A stretch of DNA of 64,000 bases from Yuukianura sp. NJ FZ-2021 (taxonomy: Eukaryota): the NCBI GenBank assembly GCA_046563655.1, contig CM102283.1, positions 8,494,001 through 8,558,000 on the forward strand, written 5' to 3'. Made by a program: the position numbers and the translations under genes. Every line of letters starts with the position of its first letter. Positions within the stretch are counted from its first letter, which is position 1. Of the stretch, positions 28,278 to 40,426 are shown in pieces. Below the pieces are notes generated by a model, which was given only the letters and a program-made list of their open reading frames with translations, was not told the origin of the DNA and did no database searches.

Positions 28278-28380
28278 GTGAAGGCATGGCAGGACAAAAA
28301 ACGGTGGAAATTCATAATTTATTAAAATTCAAAACTTTTTTTGTGAAAGTATAAGTTAAGTTTTAGGTTTTTGTTAACTT

Positions 28381-28659
28381 TTACTCTAACTTATTAATAA
28401 ATTCGGCAATTGAGAAGAGGTCATGACAGTCTGGAATGTAGCGTCCTTTTTCAGCCAAACATGCGTCTGCGCAGCGTCGTCCATGGAAGTAGTCACCGTA
28501 CAATCTCTTGCAGTCTGAGCAATTGTTCAAACAGATTTTAATTCGACCTGACCGTGTTCTGTTTGAAAATGAAGATCCAGAGGTCACTGACTCAATTGAC
28601 ACCAAGAGTACTAAAGCTACAACCAGCAGCATTCGGATCACAACAGATGAAAACTTCAT
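28381..28659 (-). CDS. Eh: Eclosion hormone precursor
   Basis: Signal peptide plus ICLNNCSDCKRLYGDYFHGRRCADACLAEKGRYIPDCHDLFSIAEFINKLE, the canonical EH Cys spacing and C-terminus. Confidence 0.92.
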   Translation of the reverse strand: MKFSSVVIRMLLVVALVLLVSIESVTSGSSFSNRTRSGRIKICLNNCSDCKRLYGDYFHGRRCADACLAEKGRYIPDCHDLFSIAEFINKLE

Positions 28660-30057
28660 TTCAGAAATTCTGTTTTAAATTACAAAAACTTTATAAAAAG
28701 TTTCTTTTTATGATATTTTATATTTTATTTTATAACTTACGGTTTACTGTCCAGTTAATTCTGAACCTTGAAGGTAGACAAGAAGAAGTGAAGTTCAACT
28801 AAACAACTCCATTTGTCCCATATTTATAGCATAGTTTTTGCCAGTGAATCTTGTCAAAAAAAAGTTAACAGTAAATATGCAAATTGCATTGTTGTAAAAC
28901 ATAGTCAAAAAAAAAAGATTGTTTGTATGAAATCTCTGATTGAGAGGACAGAGAGCGTAGTGTGGATAATGTTGACATATCGATGGTTGCCAAAAATAAG
29001 ATGACGCAGATTAAAAAAAAACAGGAGTAATTGAGTATCTGTGTGTAAGATTGGTTGTTGATTTGCTAAAAAGTCAATTGAGAAGATGCGGAATCGGAAA
29101 TCCATCATCACATGAACATCTTTTAGTCTTTTCCTTATGGAACCTTCCTTACTTCACAAGAAGATCATCAAGGACAGGCTTCCGCTTCCTTTATCATCAT
29201 CAAACCATGTTTTGCATGAACACAGCAACAAACAGACAAGTTTCATTTAAATTTTAATTACTTTTAAATTTTCAAACTTTTAAAGTCAATGAAAATGCAA
29301 TAAGAAGCGTCAGAAATTATGAAAAATGTACGTCAAAACTCCTCTAAGCAGCCACGATTTTCAGAAGAAATATTTAATTTAGTTGTATGAAGTGATAATA
29401 ACTAATTAATAACTAATAATTAATTAATGATAATTAATGATTAATCAGTAAATAATGATTTTCTATGTATGAACATTTCATGTCTGTAAGAATTGGTGCT
29501 AAAAAGACGCTATTTGAATTGTGGAAGCGGGAAATTTGAATCCAGATGGTGAGACAGAAAAAAATTTTGAATTTTTTCTCTGTTTTTTATCTTTCGTGTT
29601 TTTGAAATCATAAATTCGCAAAAAGTGATTCAAAAAGTGTTTATCTCTTTGTCGTTCATTGCGTCTCGAAGTTTTTCACACGAGGGCGTTAAAGATTAGA
29701 GTTTTAAGTAGTTTATTAAGTTGGATATGTGGATAAGAACAGAAGTTTTTAAGTGGTTCTGGAGTAGTACCTAAATAAAAGTGGCTGTAAATCGAGTAAA
29801 ATTTAAGTCCCGAACAGGACAAAATCGTTTTAAATCGTTTTCAGCATTAATCGGTCAACTGGAGGAAATCCTTAAAGAAGACCAGATGATCAACTTAATT
29901 TTATCGATCGTAAGAGATAAAAACATTGATACGTTGGATCAAACGTATCGTAGACTACGATATCAGACTACTATCATTTTTATGTATTTTTAATTAAGTT
30001 ACTCAAGTTAAGCCTATTTGTGCCTTTGTTTGATGTTTAGGTGGAAGTTGGTAAGAC

Positions 30058-30849
30058 ATGGTGATACGGAATGGCTGGATACTTGCGGTAGCATGTCTCG
30101 TCGTTTCTGTACTTCCCACCAATCCAGTTGTATCGGAACAAGACTTCAGCAGCAACGGAATTATTAGTCACAATGTAAATTTCAATTTGGCTAAATTAAA
30201 AACCCAATGGAATGCTAAACGACTGTCACTTTTCAGGTTAAATGCAGTGAATTGCGTATGGGCCAATTCATTTGTAACAAAACCTCCACAATAGACCCCA
30301 AGACACAGCAACCCCGTGACTGTACACCGGATAACGTTGGTACAAGTGAGTCATTTATACATTTATCCTTTCAATTAATATGATTAACACTGACATCCTC
30401 TTACATCTTGCTGTTTAGTACAATGCAAAGCCGTGGATGGGTTGATTTGTGAAGAAACAGGGACTAGGAATTTCAGTAAATTAGTTCCCTGCAAATGGAC
30501 GTAAGGAAAGTTTAGAAACAAAAACTGAAATTAATCGAAAACTTACTAGTTGCTGCTAATTTTTAGGAACGGTTACCACCTATCAACGACATTGCTGCTG
30601 TCAGTGTTCTTTGGTACTCTGGGCGTTGACCGCTTATACTTAGGCCACATCGGGATGGGACTTCTCAAGATGTCCACTCTCGGGTTTTTGTTCATTGGAC
30701 AGTTAGTGGACATAATTTTAATCGCCACGGAAAACTTGAGGCCAAAGGACGGTTCAAATTTTATTTCGGGCTATTATGGTCCATCCGTAGAAGTTCTGCG
30801 TGCAAACAATCTAACCTATGTTGTACACAGACCTGATTGGTTCACTTAA
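30058..30849 (+). CDS. TM2D1: TM2 domain-containing protein 1, 4 exons
   Basis: Signal peptide, CSELRMGQFIC...IDPKTQQPRDC, TM2 motif NGYHLSTTLLLSVFFGTLGVDRLYLGH. Confidence 0.92.
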
Positions 30850-31494
30850 GGCCTACGCTAAATATTATTTACCAACTACAAGTCAAACCCACTGTTCTCG
30901 GTACTCTTCCCTCCTTGTAAGGGTATAATAATTTAATTTGATTTTAAATTCAGGAATAACTAGTTCCTTTATAAAAATGTTATGTGTATCATATTTTGTA
31001 TTCGATGGAAAAACCATCTCGCATTAAACGACAAGTAAAATTCTGGACAATATTGTTTAAAATTTCAACTGTTTTGCAGTTTTAAGGTTTTCTGTCGCCA
31101 TTTCCTTTGTTGATTGGAGTTCACTTGAGTGATTCAGCGATTTGTATGAATAAGATATAAAAAATTAAGTTTCCGAGTGATGCCCGTCTGTGGCACTGCG
31201 GTAGCACAAAGCGGTGACTCATAAAACGCGGAAAAAATTGGTTGAAGTAAGATCAGCATAGCTTATACCTTCATTTACTACGATGTAATTATGCGACCGA
31301 GTGGCGGCTGGTAGGGCTGATCAAGTGGTCGGTGGTGGAGCAAGTGGTAGGTGGACGGTAGGCGAAAAAGTGGTGGAGCAAGGTATAAAATAATAAATAA
31401 TAATATAATTAAATAATAATAATAATAAATAATATAAATAAAATTTTATGCTTATGGAATTTTGAACTCTATAATTTCATCCTCGCTGAATTTT

Positions 31495-31812
31495 GAAAAT
31501 TTTTTCCCAAGAGCTGCTGCCGCCTCGGGCTTACAACAAAATGTTGCCACCAATGGTGGGATCACGCTTGTATGGGTTTTATTGGGGCGTTCTTGTGAAA
31601 TTCAAAAATAGAACCACTTGAACTTGAAATGCACGAATTTTTCACTTTTCCGACATTTTTAATCCAACCCTCGAAATTTTTTCCCCAAGAGCTGCTACCG
31701 CCTCGGGCTTAAACTAAAATGGTACCACGAGTGTAGGGATCACGTTTGTATGGGTTTCATTGGGGCGTTCATGTGAAATTCAAAAACCGAAGCACTTGCA
31801 GCTGAGAAACAC
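31495..31812. repeat. Two diverged tandem copies (about 177-bp period) of a repeat unit, probably TE-derived
   Basis: cccaagagctgct(g/a)ccgcctcgggctta...gggatcacg(c/t)ttgtatgggttt(t/c)attggggcgttc(t/a)tgtgaaattcaaaaa at about 31506 and 31684. Confidence 0.8.
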
Positions 31813-32200
31813 AAATCCAACTTTGGAAATTGTGAAATTATTTTGGTTTGTTGAGTTTTAAACTTTTCGGAACAAGCAAGCCAATCGGTAACTATAAGCA
31901 AACAAATCTGTAGCTATTAATTCGCAGAATTACCAGTGCTCACTTTAAGATACTACCTAAACGGTATTGCAACTATATGGTACACACTGTGTAACATTTT
32001 CTTTACGTCAACCAGAAGTTTACAGTTTTTGAATAGAAAATCTTGACCTTCGTATTATTTTTTTCTCTGTGGTGTCCTGGTGTCAGTCAGGTTAATTTTT
32101 TAGGAGAGGGTTAAGGATCGTTGACCTACGATTCAACCCTAAAATCCTGACATAACTTCTCCAAATGTTGGACCGTCAAACCTTCCAGCATTCAATTACC

Positions 32201-33430
32201 ATGGTAAGCAACTTTTTAAACTCATTTGACGTTGGTTTGACGTCATTTTGTTTATTTGCTAACGACTAAATGCAAATCCATGCTTGTTATTTGTCTTTTT
32301 AGCTTTTTTAGATCCTTCGCCTGACCTGGACGATTGTTTTCCTTTCTTTCTCATCCTGCTAAAAGTCCTATACTTACCGTGTCAAACGTATCTCCTTAAC
32401 TTATCTCGATTACTCGTTATCTTGAATTAATTTAACGATAAGGAATCTTTAAAAGTCAACAACTACAGAGCATCATGGCTGGAATTGATGATGATATTGA
32501 CCTCATGTCTCTGTCGTCGGCACTTGATGTAACGACAAAGGATCCTCCTGCTGCTGCTGTTTCTCCACCGACTAAACATGGAGTCCAAGGAGAATTTGAC
32601 GGCGAGGGTGCTGGAGAACATGAAGTGGACGCTCGTAAGAAAAGCGATGCTGCAGAAGCACAGCGAAAACGTTTTTCATCTGGAGCGGGCAGAGGTGACG
32701 CAGAAGAGGCCGGTGAAGACGATTTTGAATGGATGATGGATGACGAGGAAGAAGAAGAGGAAGAACATGTCGTTCGACCCCGAGTTCCTGCACGTCCTGG
32801 TGTTTGTGCCCGCTTTGCTGTTTCTTCCTATAATCCTGAGAATGTTAGCTGCTTGTGTTCCTTTTCCTTAGCATTAGTTAAGTTATTTAACTCTGATTAA
32901 TTCATATGTTGTTTGCAGGATGTGTTTCTGATGGTTCGTCGAAAGAAGACTACAATCTTCATCGACGCCAAGGAGGACACCACGGTGCTTGAGCTGAAGC
33001 GTATGATTGCTGGTAACACGACAAATCCAGTTTGTTTAACTTATTTTGTATAAAAAATTGCGGTAATCGATTAATCATGAACTTGATTATTTGAACTTAG
33101 GAATCACAAAGGTCTTACCGGAAGATCAGAAGCTGTTCAACAATAATCAACAAGAGTTGGATGATAAGAAGAAAATAAGTGACTATGGTCTCAACACTGG
33201 AACAGCGAAACCTCAACTTCCTGCAACGATTGCCCTCGTTTTCAAGTGAGACCAATCATTTACATTAGTTTAACTCTGATTTATGTACGATAACGTTTCC
33301 TTTTCGTTTTGGCAGGGATGACAATGGCGAATGGGAGGCCATTGATATTGCTCCGTTGTCTCAGCCACCAGAACTCCCAGAAGTTATGCGTCAGCAAGAG
33401 CCAATCGGCATCGGCGCCGATGCGGCATAA
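32201..33430 (+). CDS. ELOB: Elongin B
   Basis: ATG|gt micro-exon at 32201, then [32 protein letters not shown]...[12 protein letters not shown]...PPELPEVM. Confidence 0.95.
32475..32843 (+). CDS. Candidate alternative first coding exon of Elongin B (123 aa, acidic)
   Basis: GC-rich ORF inside EloB intron 1 with good start context (catcATGG), ending at aat|gttag in phase 0, the phase of the exon starting at 32919. Confidence 0.6.
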
Positions 33431-33864
33431 AACGTGATGGATCTGTTTTAGTTTCCGATCAACTTCATCCACGGATACAAAATTAACATCTTCACAAGCA
33501 GGGTTTCTTGTGGCAGTGCCTCAAGAACATTTGTCCTTATAAAAATTATTCTTAAAGTTATCTTTTCGTTCTGTGCTAAAAGCAATATTATGTTCCCTCG
33601 ATTACCGAATTTATATCAAAATATGATGAGTTTGCTTGTTTTACTAAAGGCACGCTCCATTCAGCGCAGCGTTGGCTGGCTGCTTATTTACAATTTATGG
33701 TCTGCGTGCTCAGCTTGTGAAACTTGAACATTAACGAATAAACATTTAATAAAGAGGCAATAAATGACCTTACAAGTTACATTTCTGTAGTTAAGAAAAG
33801 TGTCAAGTACATATGATGAAGAATGTGATCTGAGGATGTCGTCGAGGTAATCAATCTATCTGCA

Positions 33865-34254
<390 letters not shown>

Positions 34255-34536
34255 CTAAAATTCGGATACCAGCAAAAATATTGTTTACATCAACTGAACA
34301 GTTAATAGAAGATGAAGTTATGTCGAAAAACGATTTATGATGTGCAGCCTTACCTTCTGAAATCTGGATTTGATGTGGTGTCAAAGATCAGTGCTTTTCA
34401 TGTGTAATCTTAATTAGTCAATTAAAAATTTTCACGTGCTCTCGTCAAGTCAAGTTTCGTTTTTTTCGCTTTTTTATTTTTATTCCAGCATCCAGAAAAA
34501 TTTCGGATTTCGGAAAAAATTTTATGAAATGTGAAA

Positions 34537-34652
34537 GGCGGGAATAGAGTCACGTGATTTGAATATTTATGAATTGAACAGCTGACAATAACAATAGACA
34601 AAAGAGCGGCCAAAAACTGACCAATCACAGCGCAGGTTCTTTATGTTTGAAT
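34537..34652. promoter_or_regulatory. Divergent RPB12/Emi1 promoter with E2F, E-box, CCAAT and CHR-like motifs
   Basis: GGCGGGAA 34537, CACGTG 34551, TTTGAA 34558 and 34647, CCAAT 34621. These are short motifs; function is inferred from the cell-cycle neighbour. Confidence 0.45.
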
Positions 34653-35129
34653 CTTGTCAGTTAGGAATTTGGCACTGCAGGGCCGGCACATTGCAAAATT
34701 ACTGCATAAGTAAACTAATTAATTAATTAGCGTAAATTAAAAGAACTTGGCACTATATGGATCAAACATAGCATTGGATTAGTATTTTGAGAAGTTATTT
34801 TAGTGAGTAACATGACAGTTTACTCTCTCACACTATAAAATTTCATTGTGACGGCCCTGAATTGTGGAATTGGCGGTTGGAATTTTAGAGTAAATTTTGT
34901 TACAGAAACGGCTGGCTCTGGCTTCAGAGAAAGGCAAGAGTCAGTTGAACTAAGAATGGGCTGAGGGTTGGTTGTTGGGTTTAGTTTCTAATTACTAATT
35001 GGTTGTTTAGTAAGGGGGTTGTGGGGAATTAAATTAATCGTTAAGTTAGTTAGAAGGGTTTTATGTTTTAGGTGGGTTTGGATGGGCAGTTTGGTCTGTC
35101 TTTGCATTACTACTGGAGACTGAAAGAAG

Positions 35130-37414
35130 ATGTTGACTGAACTTCCGGTAATCGTCGTCGATACTTTCCTGGACAAGTACGTGGACGTCAACGACCTAAG
35201 GGCCATACACCAAGTCTCTAAAGAATGGAAGAATCTCATTGAAACTCGGCCTTCGGTCAATGCCAAAAGACTTGCCTTAGTAACCAAAATACGGGAACAC
35301 AAGGAGAACATACGGAAGTCCACTCAGGTAATTAAATTTAACATTGTCTTCATGAATCATTTCCTAGTTTAAGGTTTTTCCGTGAGTAACATGCGCTACG
35401 TTTCATTTCCGCAAGCGTTACACTTTGCTGGAGGGACGATTAGCAATCCAATTCATGATGGAGTCCCTCGCCATTTGTCTATCGCGTAAACGAATTTTAC
35501 GTTAAGTTTTAAACGCTCTATTAAAAGTTCAGTTAGGCTAGGTCAACTTGTCATTTTTTAATTTTTAGCAACGGCCTCGTCTGCTCTCGTTTCATAAATG
35601 ACATCTTTGGAGCCAGAATGGTTAATTATTTGCTTAATATCTCCCATTTTTTCTCCTAAGCGAAAGTAAAAGTAAACATGAGGACACTTAAGAATGGGAT
35701 AGTTATGGGATGCTGTGCTCGCTTAATTTGTGAATGAAATTGCAGAAGCAAACAGTACACTCTCGCATCTCATTCAAAATGCATCTTCTAACGATGAGAA
35801 AGTAGAAGATCACTTGTCCAAATGTTTGCTGTAAACCTTAGACTGCTTAGTACCTAACGAACGACAACTCAGATAAACCGTCGGCATCTCTTATTTGCAC
35901 TTAACGCCTTTGAACTCGTTCTTTTCCTATTAAAAACTGGAAGATTCCAAGCTTGAATTGGTTACTTAAGAATAAGATGAAGAAGAGTCCATGTACAAAG
36001 GAATGTCGTTAGCTTAAGTCGAATGGATTCTGTACTAATGTTTTTTTTTCTGTTTGTGACAGCCTCTGGTACTTCCCGCTGAAGCCACACAAGCATCCAG
36101 AACTACCGATGAACGGAATCCTAAGAACAAAGAGAACCATGATGAAAAGACTGGATCAGGTCGAGTCCTGCGCAATCTGAGCAATCGCTTGCTGGAAACT
36201 CCAGCGACGTCTGCAGAATCCTCCACTGCCAACTCCGGTACCAGACGACGTAACACGCGAATCTCGTCAACGCCAAAGTCAAGATTTCAGCGTCGATATG
36301 AAGTATTTGAAAAATAATATGATTGTCCAACATTTTTTGAAAATTATAAACTTTTTTTGTTTTTTTTTTTCAGGCCGGATTAAAACTCATGCCTGGTCAA
36401 GTACTGTTCTCATGTCCAGGATGCAACAGTCCCGTTCCCTCACCACTACCAGCATCTACAAGCATCTCCCGCCATGAAAAACCGATTTCAGTCGCAGAAG
36501 TCAGTACATTCGAAAGCCTCGATTCTGAAATTTCGATGGTATCCAGCCTCTACGAAGAACTGACTCAGCTGACGCGCTGTCGGATTGAAAATTCAACTGT
36601 TTTCAAATTCAACACTCCAGATATGGACTCATCCATCAACATTAGCATGATAGCCACTCCTCCTTGCACTCCGAATAATCTGGAACCGGGTATCGTCGTT
36701 GAATTCGGAAGTATCGAAACGGTAATTGAATTCGGAAGTATCGAAACAGAAGGGCCCTTACGAGACTTAGAAAGAAGAAGTCCATCATGTCCTTTTCTCA
36801 ATTCAACATCTACAATTAGTATCTCAGAATGCAGTTTACCTCTAGATGTCAATGGTAACCAACATCAAAGTCTTCCACCAAAGGAGAAGCAGCATGTCGT
36901 AGTTCTTGGCGACACAATAGAACCGGAGATGAATGAAAGTCAAGATTCCGGCATAGCAGAATGTACTGTCGGAGAAGAGTTGGCGCCAATAGCAGAAGTT
37001 TCACAATCAACCGATCTTTGTCCATCCGAGTCCATTGAAATGAAAAAACTGAAGATCCGATCGTGCTCATCGCCCTCTCTGCTGGTCAGTGAGGTCAAGG
37101 ATAGAGAGTTGCCGCTCTCAAATACTGTAAATACTTCTCCAGCACTTCCAGTAGTGATTCAGTGTCCAGACTGTTCACTGCGCTTCTGCTCTCAATGTAA
37201 ATTTAGTGAGCATGCGGGTAAGCCTTGTCGAGTCCTCGGTGGAGACGAGATGTATGACGATGAAGATGAAGATTTTGCATGTCATAATAGTTTCTTCCCG
37301 CGTCCAACTTCTCGTCCACCACCGTCAAAACCTCGTGCAAGGTCAGCAACTTCAACAACGACTGCCAAATCGAACAAGAAGAAAGGCTCTTTACGACGCC
37401 TAGCCTATTTATAG
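35130..37414 (+). CDS. Rca1: APC/C inhibitor Emi1/Rca1 (FBXO5/FBXO43 family); exons 35130-35327, 36063-36302, 36374-37414
   Basis: F-box (LTELPVIVVDTFLDKYVDVNDLRAIHQVSKEWKNLI), D-box-like RVLRNLSN, ZBR halves CPGCNSP and CPDCSLRFCSQCKFSEHAGKPC, C-terminal KKGSLRRL tail. Confidence 0.85.
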
Positions 37415-38678
37415 GATCTCTCGTCTAAAATTATAAGCGTTAAACGTATTGTTAACGTAAAAAAACGTAAGTCGCAGGTAGGGCATTACTATAATTTATA
37501 TTTTATAATTTTCATAATTCCTACGTTAAAAAAATAAGTTGAAAAGTTAAAGTTTTTGCGGTAAAGTCTCTCTCGTCATTTGTACTTTTTTTTCAATTGT
37601 TCAAAATTTTTGCTCATGCTCGATGCTCAGTGCCTTAAGATTAAGTTAGTACTTTCAAAATCTCAAAAAAGTAAAAGTGTTTTGAAAATTTGTAACTTTT
37701 GTACTAATTTTTAGTACTAGTGTTCAATTGTCGCTTTTCAAAAAAAAAATGTTCAAAAAAACTTTGCGACTCAAATTGAAACGAACGAACTTATAGCACT
37801 TTACTTTTTTTAAGAGAAAAACTGTTACCTTATGAGACCTTAGCACTTAAGAGCGGAGTTTATACTTAAGTCAAAATTTTGAAAATTTTGCTCAACTTGA
37901 AATTTTGAAAAAACCGATGCATTTACTAAAACTACAACAAGTACAAAGTGGTTTATGAGCATTCCTAGACTGTATCCTTTCAAAAACTCTTAACTTAAGC
38001 TAACTTAAACTTAAATTTAACTTTCACCTTTAAGTTAGTTTAAGTTCTGCTTAACTTAGCAGTTCACTTAGCCCAAAAGCCTAAAACTTAACATTCTACT
38101 GGTTTAATGGGCCAACCAGCTTCATGGCTGCCAATTTTGTAAATTGTAACATAAAAAACTACGCTTATATTTTTACTGTTTTGGAGAAATTAAATTAGGT
38201 TACAAAAATTTAAATTTTTGTGTATTAATTAGAGTGGTTAAAACGGTAAGCTCTCTTCTTAAGGCTCAACTCTTTTTTTTTATAGTCGTAAATACGTCTT
38301 TTGTACATTTGTTTTTTTATAAATTCGCATTTTACGTGTGGCTGTGAGTCAAATTTTAAGTTTGTTAATTTTTTTTTTCAAAAACAGATGCTCGTTTACT
38401 ATAAATTTTAGTTTTGAAAATGATATTTACTATTCAGAACTATTTGCACTAAAACTGTTCTGCAGGCGACTATTTACCGCGGAATAAAGAACAGCAAAAT
38501 GAAAATCAGTTTTTGAAATTGTTGCTTAGGAATTTTTCAAAAAAGTCCAAATTTTTCAAAAGTTTGTAAACAGTTTGGAGTAATTTTTTGTTTTTCATAA
38601 AAACCGGAACTGGTAAGTTCAAAATTTTAAAATGTGAGAAATAATTTGTACTTTGAAATTGAAATTTTGTTTTTTGAT

Positions 38679-40128
38679 ATGCCCAGGGGAAGTTTGGAGC
38701 CGCACCGAGACTACAATTCTGGAGACCTTCAGGCACGCGGCTACACTTTGTCTGAATGTATCGGTGAAGGAGCCTATGCCAAGGTACGTTTTCAAATTTT
38801 CGAAAAAGTGAAATTAAAATTTTGAAGTTTTTTCTAGGTGTATATTGCCGAGTACATTGACCCCAACAGAAGTGACGATGACCCACATCGGAAGCAACAA
38901 TTAGCTTGTAAAATGATTGATGCCACTAAGGCTCCGAAAGAGTTCATCCACAAGTTTTTCCCGCGTGAACTTGAAATTATGTCACGCATTCACTACAAGT
39001 TCTGTCTGCGCATCCACAGTGTCATCCAGAGAAGACATCTTTACTTTGTGTTCATGCAGTACTGTCCGTAGGTTACGGTCACTTCCATTTCAAAATTCAA
39101 AATTTTGAAATTTCACAAATTTGAGAATTCCCTTTTGTCTAGAACAGAAATGGGGATTTGAACGACTTTCTTGCTGCTAATGGATCGATCAAGGAGAGAC
39201 AAGCTAGGATTTGGTTTGCTCAAATTCTCAAAGGTAGTTTTTCGAAAAAATAAAAATGAACTAAACTTTAAAATTTTAAAATAAATTTTCAAATTTTTAT
39301 GAATCCATTACAGCTCTCAATTACTTGCAAACTAAAGGAATAGCACATCGTGACATTAAGGTGATGGAGAAAAACTTAAAATGTAGGCATAAAATTATGT
39401 TAAAATTATGATTTTTTTTTCTTAGGTTGAGAACATTCTCATCACGGCCTCCTACAACATCAAGTTGGCAGATTTTGGATTTGCCAGGTCAATGACCTCT
39501 GGAGAACAAGAGTCACTGACCTTCTGCGGCTCCGTTTCTTACGCAGCTCCAGAAGTTCTGCGTGGAAAGCCATACAATCCAATGAAAAGCGACGTTTGGT
39601 CATCCGGCGTCGTACTTTTCGTCATGCTCAACCGGTCACTGCCTTTTGACGACGCAAATATACGGAGACTCTATGACCAACAGCTCAAGAGGACTTGGAG
39701 GTTCAACCCAAGGGTCAGATGTGCAAAATTTTGAAACTCAAAATTCGAAAAAAAAACTTGTTTTTTTGAGTTACTAAGAACTTGTTTTTTTTTAGGTCGT
39801 AGGCTACCTGTCCAAAGAACTAAAAGATTTTATGTTCCGAATACTTGACCCTGACCCTACTACTAGATTGACAGCCATTGAATACTGGAATCTCCCTTGG
39901 ATTCAAATGATTTCTAGAAGACCAACAGCTACTGCCGAAGTTACGCCACCATCTTCTCCTGTACAGTCCGTTCTTGAGCGGAATCGACTGTACTGGGAAG
40001 ATGCCGAACGGAAAATAACTGTCATGTCGGTCATGTCCGCCGTGCAACAAGCTGTCCCACAAGAATCTCCTAGAATTTCAACCGCCGCAGTCAAAAGTTC
40101 CCACAGCGGTGCAACTGCGCAGCTTTGA
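38679..40128 (+). CDS. TSSK: Testis-specific Ser/Thr kinase, 6 exons
   Basis: IGEGAYAKV, KAPKEFIHKFFPRELEI, HRDIK|VENILI, DFG, TFCGSVSYAAPEVLRGKPYNPMKSDVWS. Confidence 0.92.
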
Positions 40129-40426
40129 CGTTCTCAAACTTCCTCCAAAAAAGGCATTTTGTTTGAAAAGTTACTATTTTTCAAACTTGTTCAGAATTTT
40201 TGACAAAATCGAAATCCAAAGTACAGAAAAGAGAATTTTAAAAAAATCGTAAAAAATCTGATTCCAATTCGACACCAATCGGATTTCAACCAATTAAAAA
40301 ATGGTTTAATTTTTTAATTGTGAAACAGCAAATTACAAACAAGTTTTTAAAAATATTTTAAGACAATTAAAAACCTGTTTCTGATTTCAAAATTTTCAAG
40401 GCGTCAAGAGTTCGTGAATGACGAAA

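Noticed and set aside
31263-31388. ttatacctt...aaggtataa inverted ends suggesting a Helentron-like element
   Set aside because: Only 9 bp of symmetry and no second copy in the window; insufficient support.
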